NCBI GenBank assembly: GCA_944323345.1
Contig: CALUSC010000006.1
Coordinates: 17,539-81,538, forward strand
Source: an uncultured Bacteroidales bacterium
Lineage (GTDB): Bacteria; Bacteroidota; Bacteroidia; Bacteroidales; UBA932
Direction of reading: 5' to 3'
Length of the DNA stretch: 64,000 bases
The position numbers and the translations under genes were made by a program. Numbering within the stretch: position 1 is the stretch's first letter; every line of letters starts with the position of its first letter. The notes under the pieces are model-generated. The model worked only from the letters and a program-made list of their open reading frames with translations, was not told where the DNA came from and did no database searches. Below are positions 48,538 through 59,393 of this stretch, in pieces.

Positions 48538-49749
48538 TCAGCCCCACGGCCATTCGTCTTCGTCTATGACGATGTTTCCGCCTTCTCCCCACTTGTCCAC
48601 TGTCACCGACGGTACCACTTCCCTGAGTCCGTAGATGGTGACTCTTACCGTGTATTGCTGTCCCGGTTCGAAATCGCCGTCCTGGCTGGTTATCCGGAAT
48701 ATGTTTTCGTAGTAGTTTACGGTGCCTGCGGCTGTTTTTTCTTTCACGTACATGTGGACTTGATATTCTTCGTCCGGTGCTGCCAGTATGCTGCCGCCGA
48801 CCATGACCGCATCACGCGAATAGACCGGAGTGCCGAAGTCTCCTGTATAGGATGTGTGGTAAGTGTCCTTTTTCAGTTTCCCTCCGTCACTTTCCGTCAG
48901 TGCGAGCAGTTCTTTCCCGGTGTCGCCGGAGAAGTCTATTCCCATGTTTTTAGGAGATTTGTCGGCGACCGTGAAGATTCCGTGCGTCCTGGACAGGACT
49001 TTGATGGAGTCTACGATGACATTGTTCGCGGCGAGGCTTCCGGGGTACAGCTGGAAACGCAGGCGCGACAGATGGTGGTTGAACAGGAAGGTCGGGTGTA
49101 TTCCGCGCAGTGCGGTGAATGAACTGTATGCGTAGTTTACGATTTCGACTCTTTCCCTGTCGGTGTATTCTTTCCCGTAGAGCTGTTCTTCGGTAAGTTC
49201 TGCCATGGCCGACATGACATCCTGTGTTCCGTCTATGGTGATGTCGAGTCTGATGGCATCTTCTGTCCTGACGATGTCCTCAGGGCCTATTTCGATATCG
49301 TCGATGTAGTATCCGTAGAAGTCGTAAGGCAGATAGTCGAGCGGATAGAAGACACTCCTTTCTATTCCGGTCCAGGTCGTATAGGCATCGTAGGTGTTTC
49401 TTCTGGCCGCTTTCCCGGCGAGGTTCCCCTGACCGTCTTTCGAACCGTCTATCAGGCAGCTCCCGTTATCGGAACTGAGGTCTGCGAAGGAGGTGCCGAG
49501 GTCGCGCTTGAATGCGTAGAAGAACATTTCCTTGTCGGCCCACGGGTCCTGGTCGTAGTCTATGGCTCCGCTGCCTTTCGGGGAGAGGATGTTTTCAGGA
49601 GTCCCGATGATGAGCATCACCGGAATCTGTTCCTGAAGGTAGTAGTCTGACGTGCCGTCCGGAGCGATACCGTTATATGACTTGTCCGTACAGCTCCAGA
49701 GAGCCGTACAGAGCAGAAGTGCAGTCATATATTTCAGTATCCTGGTCAT
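48538..49749 (-). CDS. Fimbrillin (type V pilin) lipoprotein
   Basis: Lipobox LWSC; YDFYGYY; QDVM; FNHHLSRL; FEPGQQY; DKWGEG. Confidence 0.82.
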   Translation of the reverse strand: MTRILKYMTALLLCTALWSCTDKSYNGIAPDGTSDYYLQEQIPVMLIIGTPENILSPKGSGAIDYDQDPWADKEMFFYAFKRDLGTSFADLSSDNGSCLIDGSKDGQGNLAGKAARRNTYDAYTTWTGIERSVFYPLDYLPYDFYGYYIDDIEIGPEDIVRTEDAIRLDITIDGTQDVMSAMAELTEEQLYGKEYTDRERVEIVNYAYSSFTALRGIHPTFLFNHHLSRLRFQLYPGSLAANNVIVDSIKVLSRTHGIFTVADKSPKNMGIDFSGDTGKELLALTESDGGKLKKDTYHTSYTGDFGTPVYSRDAVMVGGSILAAPDEEYQVHMYVKEKTAAGTVNYYENIFRITSQDGDFEPGQQYTVRVTIYGLREVVPSVTVDKWGEGGNIVIDEDEWPWG

Positions 49750-49761
49750 TCTTCCGGCGGT

Positions 49762-51072
49762 TTAGATTTCTGCGTCTATCTTGTTGCTGTCGCTGTCCAC
49801 CCAGATTTCCACGCCCTGGTCGTCGCCCGGAGCCACCTGGTCTTTGGCGATGCTCAGCGTATTCGGTATTTCGAGGACGGCCGTACCTGCGGTGATCCTG
49901 TATCTGTCGTTTTCGAGTTTTTCGAGCAGCCGGGCGGAGGATATGGTTTCCTTGATGTTGATTCCGGCATGGAATACTTTCGTGTTTTCCCCGTCGCTGG
50001 CACGGATGCTGAGCTGCAGGATGCCGGGACCGGTGATGAACGCGAGGTCTTTGGACGGGAAAAGTCCGAATGTGAGGAGTTTTCCTTCATAGATTCTGTC
50101 TGCTCCGTTTGCGGAGACTTCCGTCATCTTGAATATGGAGCGGAACGTTTCCGTATCGTCTATCTGTCCGGACATGATTTCCACGCTGCCTGCCAGGCCG
50201 GAAATCTCGGCCGATACATCCTGTATCTCTACTCCGTCTTCTATCTTCATCCTGACTCTGAAGGTGATTTCCTGTGTCAGAGGGGCAGGTGTTATGGTGA
50301 TTTCTGTCGGATGTGCCGGTGAAAGCTGTACTTCCTTGACTTCGATATATACCGGGACGATAGTGCGGATGAATTCGTAGCGGGGGTTGAAGTCAGTCAT
50401 TTCAGTGCCGTATTCCGCTTCGAATTCTTCATGGGTGTATTTCCTGGCTGCCAGTCTTATGTCTTTCATGCTGCATGCTGGGTCGGAGATGAATTCATCC
50501 AGGCCTCCGACTGTGAATGCGGAGATGTCACGGTTGAAGGCCATGACGTAGTATTCTCCGTTCTGCACGTTCATGTCGGCAGTTTCAGGACTTTCCGCTG
50601 CCGGGGCGTCGGAGTCTGTGCCGGCTTCGTCCTTGGCTTCCGGTGTGTTTTCTTCCTCTGCTGCGGGGCCTGCTTCTGACGCGCTGCCTTCTGTCGTGTT
50701 TCCGTCTCCTGTTTCCGTTCCGCCCGCCGTATCCGTGTCACCGGTCTCCGAACCGTCATCTGTATTTGTGCCATCTGTCCCAGTGCCGCCATCAGTCCCC
50801 GAGCCGTCCGTATCCGGCGTGTCAGGGACCGGATTTATATTTTCTTTCACGGAACCGGAAGGATCCACGAGCCATCCGTAGTGGACAGTGTTTATGATTC
50901 TGCTCATCACCACGCACATCTCGTCGGGCGCCGTCTGGTCCTGCCAGTCGAACTTGAAACTTATGTCCACGCTGTCAGGCATGTCTTCCGGTGCACCGAA
51001 CTTTACTTTGGTGCAGGAAATCATGGCTGCTGTCATGATGAACAGTATCGATATGCGTGCTGCGTGTTTCAT
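49762..51072 (-). CDS. FimB/Mfa2/DUF5119-like lipoprotein (candidate pilus anchor) with acidic low-complexity insert
   Basis: Lipobox MISC; FKFDW; GEYYVMAFN; AEISGLA; no obvious K/R processing motif. Confidence 0.6.
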   Translation of the reverse strand: MKHAARISILFIMTAAMISCTKVKFGAPEDMPDSVDISFKFDWQDQTAPDEMCVVMSRIINTVHYGWLVDPSGSVKENINPVPDTPDTDGSGTDGGTGTDGTNTDDGSETGDTDTAGGTETGDGNTTEGSASEAGPAAEEENTPEAKDEAGTDSDAPAAESPETADMNVQNGEYYVMAFNRDISAFTVGGLDEFISDPACSMKDIRLAARKYTHEEFEAEYGTEMTDFNPRYEFIRTIVPVYIEVKEVQLSPAHPTEITITPAPLTQEITFRVRMKIEDGVEIQDVSAEISGLAGSVEIMSGQIDDTETFRSIFKMTEVSANGADRIYEGKLLTFGLFPSKDLAFITGPGILQLSIRASDGENTKVFHAGINIKETISSARLLEKLENDRYRITAGTAVLEIPNTLSIAKDQVAPGDDQGVEIWVDSDSNKIDAEI

Positions 51073-52175
51073 TTCTGTTTTTTCCCGGTTTTCTTTTTTT
51101 CGGCTTTCCGAGCCTTTGCCTTTTCTTTATCCGATGTCTTCACGTCTTTCTCCGTGTCCTTTTTTTCAGACTTCCGGACCTTTGTGTTTTCTTTATCCGA
51201 CGCTTTCAGGTTTCCGTCATTTTTCTTTTCCTCGGCTTTCCTGGCTTTCAGGGTCTCCTTCTCCTCTGCCTCCCGGACTTTTGCAGCTTCCTTTTCCTCT
51301 GCTTCCCTGACCTTTGCAGCCTCCTTGTCAGCTTTCTGCTGCTCCTTGTCGAGGCGGGCCTGGTTCTTGGCATCTATCCTGTTCTGCTTCTTCATCAGAC
51401 GCTCCGGATCCACTTTGTCGTATTTGTCCTTGATGGACCTGGTCCTGTACACGAAGGCGACCTTGATTTCCGTCAGTAGCGGATACGGGACCACATGCCA
51501 GTCGCGTCCCTGGTTTTCATATTGGAAATAATAGTTTCCTACAGGATTATGGCCGAAACATTCGTACCGGGTCATCAGCATTCCGAGGGAGAATCCGAAT
51601 TCCACATCTATGAAATTCCGGGTGTAGCTGTAAAGAGGCACGCCGTATCCGAGGCTGATTCCCAGTCCGCAGAAACTTCCCTGTCTGCCGGTCTTCCCGA
51701 ATTTGTATGCGTATGTCCCGGCATTGGCGTAAACGCCGACGTAATAGGCCCTGCCGGTCTTCGCGTTGACTTTGGCGTTAGTGAAGACATCTTCTTTGAG
51801 CCATTTGAAGAATCCTCTTTTCGTGGTGTCGGACGGATCGCGCGGCTCTTTGTTCACCGGACGCCAGTATTTGCGGAATTCCGGTTTGATTTCCGAAAAG
51901 TTGAATACCATCGGAGGCGAGTAGTTGTGGTAGGTCGGCCAATTATACTTGGCTGTAAGTCCGATAGTTGTCTTCCGGTACGGAGACTTGGAGAGATCGA
52001 ATTCCACCCCTGCGTTGGGGATGGTGACGAGCCATTCGAATGCGTTGGTACGGAAAGAAAAACGGTCTATGATGCGGACAGTATCCGGTCTGGCCTTTTC
52101 CTGTCCGTAACATATCCCGCTGCAGAATATGCATGTGCACACCCACAAGACAATATTTCTAACACACTTTTCCAA
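51069..52175 (-). CDS. DUF3575 family protein with Lys/Glu-rich repetitive C-terminal tail
   Basis: FSFRTNAFEWLVTIPNAGVEF, KPEFRKYW, GISLGY; TTG start; first gene of the cluster. Confidence 0.78.
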   Translation of the reverse strand: MEKCVRNIVLWVCTCIFCSGICYGQEKARPDTVRIIDRFSFRTNAFEWLVTIPNAGVEFDLSKSPYRKTTIGLTAKYNWPTYHNYSPPMVFNFSEIKPEFRKYWRPVNKEPRDPSDTTKRGFFKWLKEDVFTNAKVNAKTGRAYYVGVYANAGTYAYKFGKTGRQGSFCGLGISLGYGVPLYSYTRNFIDVEFGFSLGMLMTRYECFGHNPVGNYYFQYENQGRDWHVVPYPLLTEIKVAFVYRTRSIKDKYDKVDPERLMKKQNRIDAKNQARLDKEQQKADKEAAKVREAEEKEAAKVREAEEKETLKARKAEEKKNDGNLKASDKENTKVRKSEKKDTEKDVKTSDKEKAKARKAEKKKTGKKQK

Positions 52176-52201
52176 CCTGCTATTTTCTCTTCGAAGAAAA
52201 G

Positions 52202-52209
52202 CAAATATA
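52202..52209 (-). promoter_or_regulatory. -7 element for the pilus operon
   Basis: TATATTTG on the minus strand, 27 bp upstream of the start codon. Confidence 0.55.
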
Positions 52210-52275
52210 GGAAAAAATTCGTTCAGTTGTCTAAAAACCAGCCAATAAGGCTCAATTTTTTATTGCCGGCCCGAT

Positions 52276-54465
52276 TCAGTCGCGCCCGGAATCCGAAATC
52301 ATCGATTTGACCAGACTGTTGAATTCACCGGCGGCGACAAGTTTCTCCAGTGTCAGATGCATGCGGTAATGCCAGTAATGGTCGGGGTCGGAAGGTTCGT
52401 TGATGCGTTCGTCCGCCGGATCTCCGCCGTAGCGCAATTCCCCGTCCATGGCGAGCCAGTCCTGCAGAGGCAGAATGGTCAGCATCGCAGGCGAGTCCAG
52501 ATGTGCCTTGATTATCTCCCTGCACACCTGCGGCGTGCAATCTTCAGGCGCATCGCCGTTTTTCCCCATGACTTCCTGCCAATATCTTCGTGTAAGCTGC
52601 CTGTCTTCGTTCCACCATGCCCGCAGCGGATTCATGTCGTGCGTGGATGTGGTGCAGACGCTCAGATACGGATACCAAGCCGGATTAGCGAATGTCTCCC
52701 CGACCGTTTTCGGCATTCTCTGGATTTCGAGGGACAATATCCTGAGTTCGGACATGACTTCCGGGACTGATGCGGGAATCATGCCGAGGTCTTCACCGCA
52801 GACCAGCATCCCGGTAGAGGCCAGCAGGTCTGGCAGTTTGCTTAAAGCGGAACCTTTCCAGAACGCATTGTGCCTGTGATAGAAGAAGTCATCGTGTATA
52901 CGGTCGAATTTTTCCTGCAGTTCTTTCGGCAGTGCGGCATAGGCAGCGGTTTTCGATGCAGATATCCTGGGGTGGAAGAAGCCTTTTCTCCTGTCCTCCA
53001 CGAACAGGACATCTTCCATTCCTTCGGTGTTTTTCCGTGTCTTGCCGGAATATGTACCCCTCAGCGCTGTCCTTTTGTCTTTCATGTCGAATCCGAGGGA
53101 TGCCAGTTCTTCTTCCCTGTACGGGAGGGCGGGGTTGAAATGGCCGAGGATGCCGCCGCTGATTCCGTACGGTATCTCCCAGATGCGGAAGAAGCCCAGC
53201 AGATGGTCTATCCTGAATGCATCGAAATACTGCGCCATGTTCGCAAGCCTTTCCTTCCACCATGCATAGTCATCTTCCGACATCTTTTCCCAGTTATATG
53301 TAGGAAGTCCCCAGTTTTGTCCGTCTTCGGAAAATGCGTCAGGCGGCGCTCCTGCGCAGGAGTCCAGGTTGAACAGTTCGGGATGTAGCCACGCATCGGC
53401 GCTGGTCCGGCTTATGCCGATAGGAAGATCGCCTTTCAGAATCACGCCCTTGCTCCTGGCGTATGCCCTGGCGTCGGCCAGCTGCAGGTGCAGATGATAT
53501 TGTGTGAAATACCAGACCCCTACCTCATCCGGATATTCCTCGCAGTATTTCCGGGCTTTCTTTTCCGAGTATTTCTCATATCCTTTCCACAGGGAAAAGT
53601 CAGCTGTCCTGTATTTGTCGCGCAGACAGCAGAATACGGCATAAGGCATCAGCCAGTAGCCGTTTTCCTCGAAAAATTTCCTGAAACCTTCGGACTCCAG
53701 GTCTTTCTTTCCTTTCCGGGCGAACAGTTCGCGCAGATAAGTTCTCTTGTAAAGGTTCACCCTTTCGTAGTCTACATCGGGGAGGGCATTCAGTTCGGCC
53801 AGAAGTTCCGTATATTCTTCATCGGCTTCCTTGCCTGCTTCCACCAGATTTATGAACTGCGGATGCAGGGCATAAATGGAATTGGCCTTGTACGGATAGG
53901 AGTCGAACCAGGAATCAGTCATCGTGGTGTCATTGACAGGAAGCAGCTGCAGCACTTTTTGTCCTGTCATGGCCGCCCAGTCCGCCAGCAGCCTGATGTC
54001 GCAGAACTCTCCCACACCGAAACTTTTTTCGGATCTGAGCGAGAAGACAGGTATGGCGGTGCCGGCAGCTTTCCAGGTCTTGCCCGGCTCTGTCCTGAAA
54101 ACGCCGTCTGCGAACGGAGCCGAGTGCAGCGGCAGATCTTCCGGTACATCTGACCAGAAATCCCTGACTTCTATTGTATCTTTTGCATTTTCAGCGCATG
54201 TAACATGGCTGTTATTGCAGCTCGCCGCATCTTTGGCTTTGGATGGAACAAAAATGTTATGCGATTTCCATTCGGCTTTGACGCATATTCCGTCTTTTTC
54301 GACCTCATATCTGTATCCGAAATTCCTGCCGGATTTCAGCCCTCCTATTTCGACTTTCCAGATGTCTCCCGGAGTGTATTGCATCGGATAGTTCTTCCCC
54401 ATTGCCCGAAGGCGCATATTTTCTCCCCAGACGGTATGATATTCAATGTAAAAGACTGCTTTCAT
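52276..54465 (-). CDS. malQ: 4-alpha-glucanotransferase (GH77) with N-terminal CBM20-like domain
   Basis: AGTAIPVFSLRS, LQLLPVNDT, LKGDLPIG, AGAPPDAF..GQNWG, RIDHLLGFFRIW, GEDLG, STHDM, RINEP. Confidence 0.93.
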   Translation of the reverse strand: MKAVFYIEYHTVWGENMRLRAMGKNYPMQYTPGDIWKVEIGGLKSGRNFGYRYEVEKDGICVKAEWKSHNIFVPSKAKDAASCNNSHVTCAENAKDTIEVRDFWSDVPEDLPLHSAPFADGVFRTEPGKTWKAAGTAIPVFSLRSEKSFGVGEFCDIRLLADWAAMTGQKVLQLLPVNDTTMTDSWFDSYPYKANSIYALHPQFINLVEAGKEADEEYTELLAELNALPDVDYERVNLYKRTYLRELFARKGKKDLESEGFRKFFEENGYWLMPYAVFCCLRDKYRTADFSLWKGYEKYSEKKARKYCEEYPDEVGVWYFTQYHLHLQLADARAYARSKGVILKGDLPIGISRTSADAWLHPELFNLDSCAGAPPDAFSEDGQNWGLPTYNWEKMSEDDYAWWKERLANMAQYFDAFRIDHLLGFFRIWEIPYGISGGILGHFNPALPYREEELASLGFDMKDKRTALRGTYSGKTRKNTEGMEDVLFVEDRRKGFFHPRISASKTAAYAALPKELQEKFDRIHDDFFYHRHNAFWKGSALSKLPDLLASTGMLVCGEDLGMIPASVPEVMSELRILSLEIQRMPKTVGETFANPAWYPYLSVCTTSTHDMNPLRAWWNEDRQLTRRYWQEVMGKNGDAPEDCTPQVCREIIKAHLDSPAMLTILPLQDWLAMDGELRYGGDPADERINEPSDPDHYWHYRMHLTLEKLVAAGEFNSLVKSMISDSGRD

Positions 54466-54478
54466 ATAAATTGTGCTC

Positions 54479-55849
54479 TTATTTCTTCATTTTTTTCCAG
54501 TTCAGTACGGGCAGGAGGAACGATATCAGTGCAGCCGTCAGCCAGAATATGGATACGGGCGTGAAATCGTAGACTGCATCCGCGATGTCCGCAGCCTGCT
54601 GCATGTTCCCTTCTATAAGATATCCGCTGGCGATATCCTGGATGCCTGCCGCCATGTAGCTCGATATGCCCACTATTCCCAGAGCGGCTCCTGTGGCTTT
54701 TCTCGGCACTATGTCCACTGCCATGAGTCCGGCGACGATACAGTAAAGCACCCCGATGGCCAGGCTGAATACCGATACGTAAATCACATTCAGGACATAT
54801 CCTCCGCCGGAAAACAGGAAAAGCGCAAGTGCCGCGAAGCCTGTGGCTCCGGACAATATCGCCGGCTTGATACGGTCGCTTTTGAATACCGTATCGGAAA
54901 GCCAGCCCGCCAGGACAGTCCCGACCACTCCGAAAATGGCAGAAAATGCGATGATCTGTGAAGCGGACTCCAGCGAAAACAGTTTTTCTTTCTGCAGGAA
55001 AAGTATGCCCCAGCCGGCCACGGCGTATTTTGTGATGTATATGAATGCGCTTGCCGCCGAAATGATCCATATTCCCGGATGTTTCAGCACCAGTTTCTGG
55101 ACCTGTGTGGTCTTCATCCTGTCTTCTTCTTTCACCTCCTCAGCCGAAAGGGTCTGTACGGACGGAAGTCCCTTGCTTTCCGGAGTGTCACTCACGAAGA
55201 ACAGTATGATCAGCGTGCCGGCTACACCGGCAATGGCGGAAAATATGAATCCCGACTGCCATCCGAATGTCCCGACTATAGCTCCTATCACGATGAATGA
55301 CAGGAATTCTCCCAAATAAGGACTGGCGCTGAAAATCCCGTAATATGTCCCTCTTCTGTTCAGCGGAAACCATCTGGACAGGCTTATGACTCCGGGAGGG
55401 GAGCCCATGGACTGCGCCCAGCCGTTGATGCCCCAGAGTATGGCGAAGGACAGGAATACGGCCACAGAGGCGAATTCCATGTCTCCGTGCAGGAATCCCA
55501 GGACTCCCATTATCAGATTTATCAGGGCGGATACGGCCAGACCCGTGGCCATGAATCGGCGGATGTTGCAGTAATCGGCGATGAAACCGTTCATGAATTT
55601 CCCTACTGCGTAGACGAACAGAAGGGCGGAGCCGATTATGCCCAGCTGTCCGGCTGTCAGCAGCTCGGAATCGATGACCGGCTGTTTCACCACGCTCAGG
55701 CTCAGACGGCAGACATAATAAAGGCTGTATGCTATGGTAGCTCCCCAGAAAGTGTTTCGCCTCAATGTCCTGTACACTTTCGGGATGTCTGCCTCAGGTA
55801 CTTTTTCCGCTGACGGCTTGCTTATCCGGAAGAATGAGTATAACCCCAT
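54479..55849 (-). CDS. MFS transporter, organophosphate:Pi antiporter (GlpT/UhpC-like)
   Basis: YSLYYVCR, YAVGKF, NGWAQSMG, RWFPLNRRGT, DTPESKGL, GWLSD. Confidence 0.88.
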   Translation of the reverse strand: MGLYSFFRISKPSAEKVPEADIPKVYRTLRRNTFWGATIAYSLYYVCRLSLSVVKQPVIDSELLTAGQLGIIGSALLFVYAVGKFMNGFIADYCNIRRFMATGLAVSALINLIMGVLGFLHGDMEFASVAVFLSFAILWGINGWAQSMGSPPGVISLSRWFPLNRRGTYYGIFSASPYLGEFLSFIVIGAIVGTFGWQSGFIFSAIAGVAGTLIILFFVSDTPESKGLPSVQTLSAEEVKEEDRMKTTQVQKLVLKHPGIWIISAASAFIYITKYAVAGWGILFLQKEKLFSLESASQIIAFSAIFGVVGTVLAGWLSDTVFKSDRIKPAILSGATGFAALALFLFSGGGYVLNVIYVSVFSLAIGVLYCIVAGLMAVDIVPRKATGAALGIVGISSYMAAGIQDIASGYLIEGNMQQAADIADAVYDFTPVSIFWLTAALISFLLPVLNWKKMKK

Positions 55850-55866
55850 AATATTAAATTAGCCGT

Positions 55867-55918
55867 CAAAGGTAATAATTTTAAGTCACTTCCTTGTCGC
55901 TTTTTTCTGCTATCTTTG
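55867..55918. promoter_or_regulatory. Divergent -7 elements (TACCTTTG minus; TATCTTTG plus)
   Basis: CAAAGGTA at 55867-55874 and TATCTTTG at 55911-55918. Confidence 0.6.
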
Positions 55919-55922
55919 CGGG

Positions 55923-56960
55923 ATGTTGCATATCTGGTCGGATGTCATGGAATACGGAGGCGGGAAAAGATACAATTCATTCGTAGGTTATTACAGGGAA
56001 AAATACGGCGAACGGCTGCAGAAGATAGTTCTGGATGCGGGATTTACTTGTCCCAACAGGGACGGTTCCGTCGGTCTGGGAGGCTGCACCTATTGTGACA
56101 ATGCGGCTTTCCATCCGGGGTACAGCACTCCGGGGAAGACATTGCGCCGGCAGATGGATGAGGGGATAGAATTCCATCGTGTCAGATACCGTAATTCCGG
56201 CCATTATCTGGCTTATTTCCAGTCCTATTCGAACACTTACGCCCCCGTCGGACGTCTGCGTGCCCTTTATACGGAAGCATTGGACCACCCGGAGGTGGTC
56301 GGAATAGTCATCGGGACCAGGCCGGACTGCGTGGATGCTGAGAAATTGGATATGATAGCGGCATTGAAAGACGGCAGTCTTTCACCCGGATGGCGGCGGA
56401 CTCTCGGCGGAAAAGTTCTGAATGCGCCGCTGGTGACGGTCGAGTACGGGATAGAGTCGTGCTATGATGCGACATTGAAGAGGATAAACAGGGGACATGA
56501 TTTCGCCTGCGCGAAAAGAGCCGTGGAGATGACTGCCGAGAGGGGAACCGATGTCGGGGCGCATTTCATCCTGGGGCTTCCCGGCGAGTCCCGGCAGATG
56601 CTGCTGGACCAGACGGCGCTGATCAATGCCCTGCCTCTGAAGTCGGTGAAGTTCCATCAGTTGCAGATAATAAAAGGTACTGAGATGGAGAAGGAGTATG
56701 CCGCTCATCCGGAGGATTTCCTGCGTTTCGGGATGGAGGAGTATCTGGATTTCATCATCGATATCCTGGAGAGGCTGCGTCCCGGCCTTTATGTCGAGCG
56801 GATAGCCGGTGAAGTGCCTCCGCGTTTCGTGAACGAGACCCCGTGGGGACTGGTGCGGAATTTCGAGCTTCTCCGTATGCTGGACAAGCGCATGGAGGAA
56901 CGGGATGCATGGCAGGGACGACTCTTGGAAGAGGGTGCGCGGAAGGAATGTGCCCGCTAA
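55923..56960 (+). CDS. TIGR01212/YhcC-family radical SAM protein (start may be 55947)
   Basis: DAGFTCPNRDG...GGCTYC, YFQSYSNTY, IGTRPDC, INRGHD, VKFHQL. Confidence 0.92.
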   Translation: MLHIWSDVMEYGGGKRYNSFVGYYREKYGERLQKIVLDAGFTCPNRDGSVGLGGCTYCDNAAFHPGYSTPGKTLRRQMDEGIEFHRVRYRNSGHYLAYFQSYSNTYAPVGRLRALYTEALDHPEVVGIVIGTRPDCVDAEKLDMIAALKDGSLSPGWRRTLGGKVLNAPLVTVEYGIESCYDATLKRINRGHDFACAKRAVEMTAERGTDVGAHFILGLPGESRQMLLDQTALINALPLKSVKFHQLQIIKGTEMEKEYAAHPEDFLRFGMEEYLDFIIDILERLRPGLYVERIAGEVPPRFVNETPWGLVRNFELLRMLDKRMEERDAWQGRLLEEGARKECAR

Positions 56961-58493
<1,533 letters not shown>

Positions 58494-58498
58494 GCCAA

Positions 58499-59362
58499 GT
58501 GAAAAGATACATTCTGTCTTTCCTGATAGTTGTTGTCGCCTTGCCGATGTTCATGTCGTGTAAGGCGTTTTCATCGCTTTTCCACGATGACCATGTCATC
58601 GCCAGAGTCGGCCAGCACAAACTGACGGGGAACGACATAGCGTCTCTGGTCCCTCCGGGCACTTCTCCGGAAGACAGCATGAGGCTGGTGATGCAGTATA
58701 TCAATTCCTGGGCATCGGATTTCGTGTATTCCGACATTGCGGAGTCGCAGCTTTCGAAACAGGAAAAGGATGTGTCGGAAGAGCTGGAGGAATACAGGAA
58801 GGCTCTGCTGAAATACAGGTACGAGCAGCGTTATGTAAACGAAAGGCTGGATACTGCCGTGTCCGCATCGGAACTGGAGGAATATTATGTTTCCCACAGG
58901 CAGGATTTCGTGGCCGAACTGCCGATAGTCAAGGCCCGTTTCATGAGGATATCTTCGGATTCCCCGTTCGTGGAGACGATAAAGACCAATATGTCATCCG
59001 ACAATGCCGAAGATCTCGCCTATGCTGACAGTCTGGCGGCCATGTATGCCGACAAATACACGGACTACGGCGGCGGGTGGATAGCCATAGTCGACCTCGC
59101 GAGGGATTTCGGGACTGATTACGGCAGTCTGCTGTCCGGCATGAGGCATTCGTTCATACAGATGCCCGATATAGTTTACGATAAACTCAATGTCGCCTAT
59201 ATTTCGGATTTCATCAAGGCCGGAGACCCTCTTCCTTTGGAATATTGCAAGCCTGAAATAAAAGGCATACTCATCGGCATACGCAGGCATAAGCTGGTGA
59301 CTGATTTGGAACAGGACTTGCTGAAAGATGCGCGCGAAAAAGGAAAGTTTGTGATCTATTGA
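58499..59362 (+). CDS. Conserved lipoprotein, PPIase/foldase-like, in the guaB-surA cluster
   Basis: Lipobox FMSC; IARVG..L; DS...YINSW; GTG start; conserved Bacteroidetes position. Confidence 0.7.
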   Translation: MKRYILSFLIVVVALPMFMSCKAFSSLFHDDHVIARVGQHKLTGNDIASLVPPGTSPEDSMRLVMQYINSWASDFVYSDIAESQLSKQEKDVSEELEEYRKALLKYRYEQRYVNERLDTAVSASELEEYYVSHRQDFVAELPIVKARFMRISSDSPFVETIKTNMSSDNAEDLAYADSLAAMYADKYTDYGGGWIAIVDLARDFGTDYGSLLSGMRHSFIQMPDIVYDKLNVAYISDFIKAGDPLPLEYCKPEIKGILIGIRRHKLVTDLEQDLLKDAREKGKFVIY

Positions 59363-59393
59363 AAAACTTTCCGAGGTTTTGAAAACATATAAA

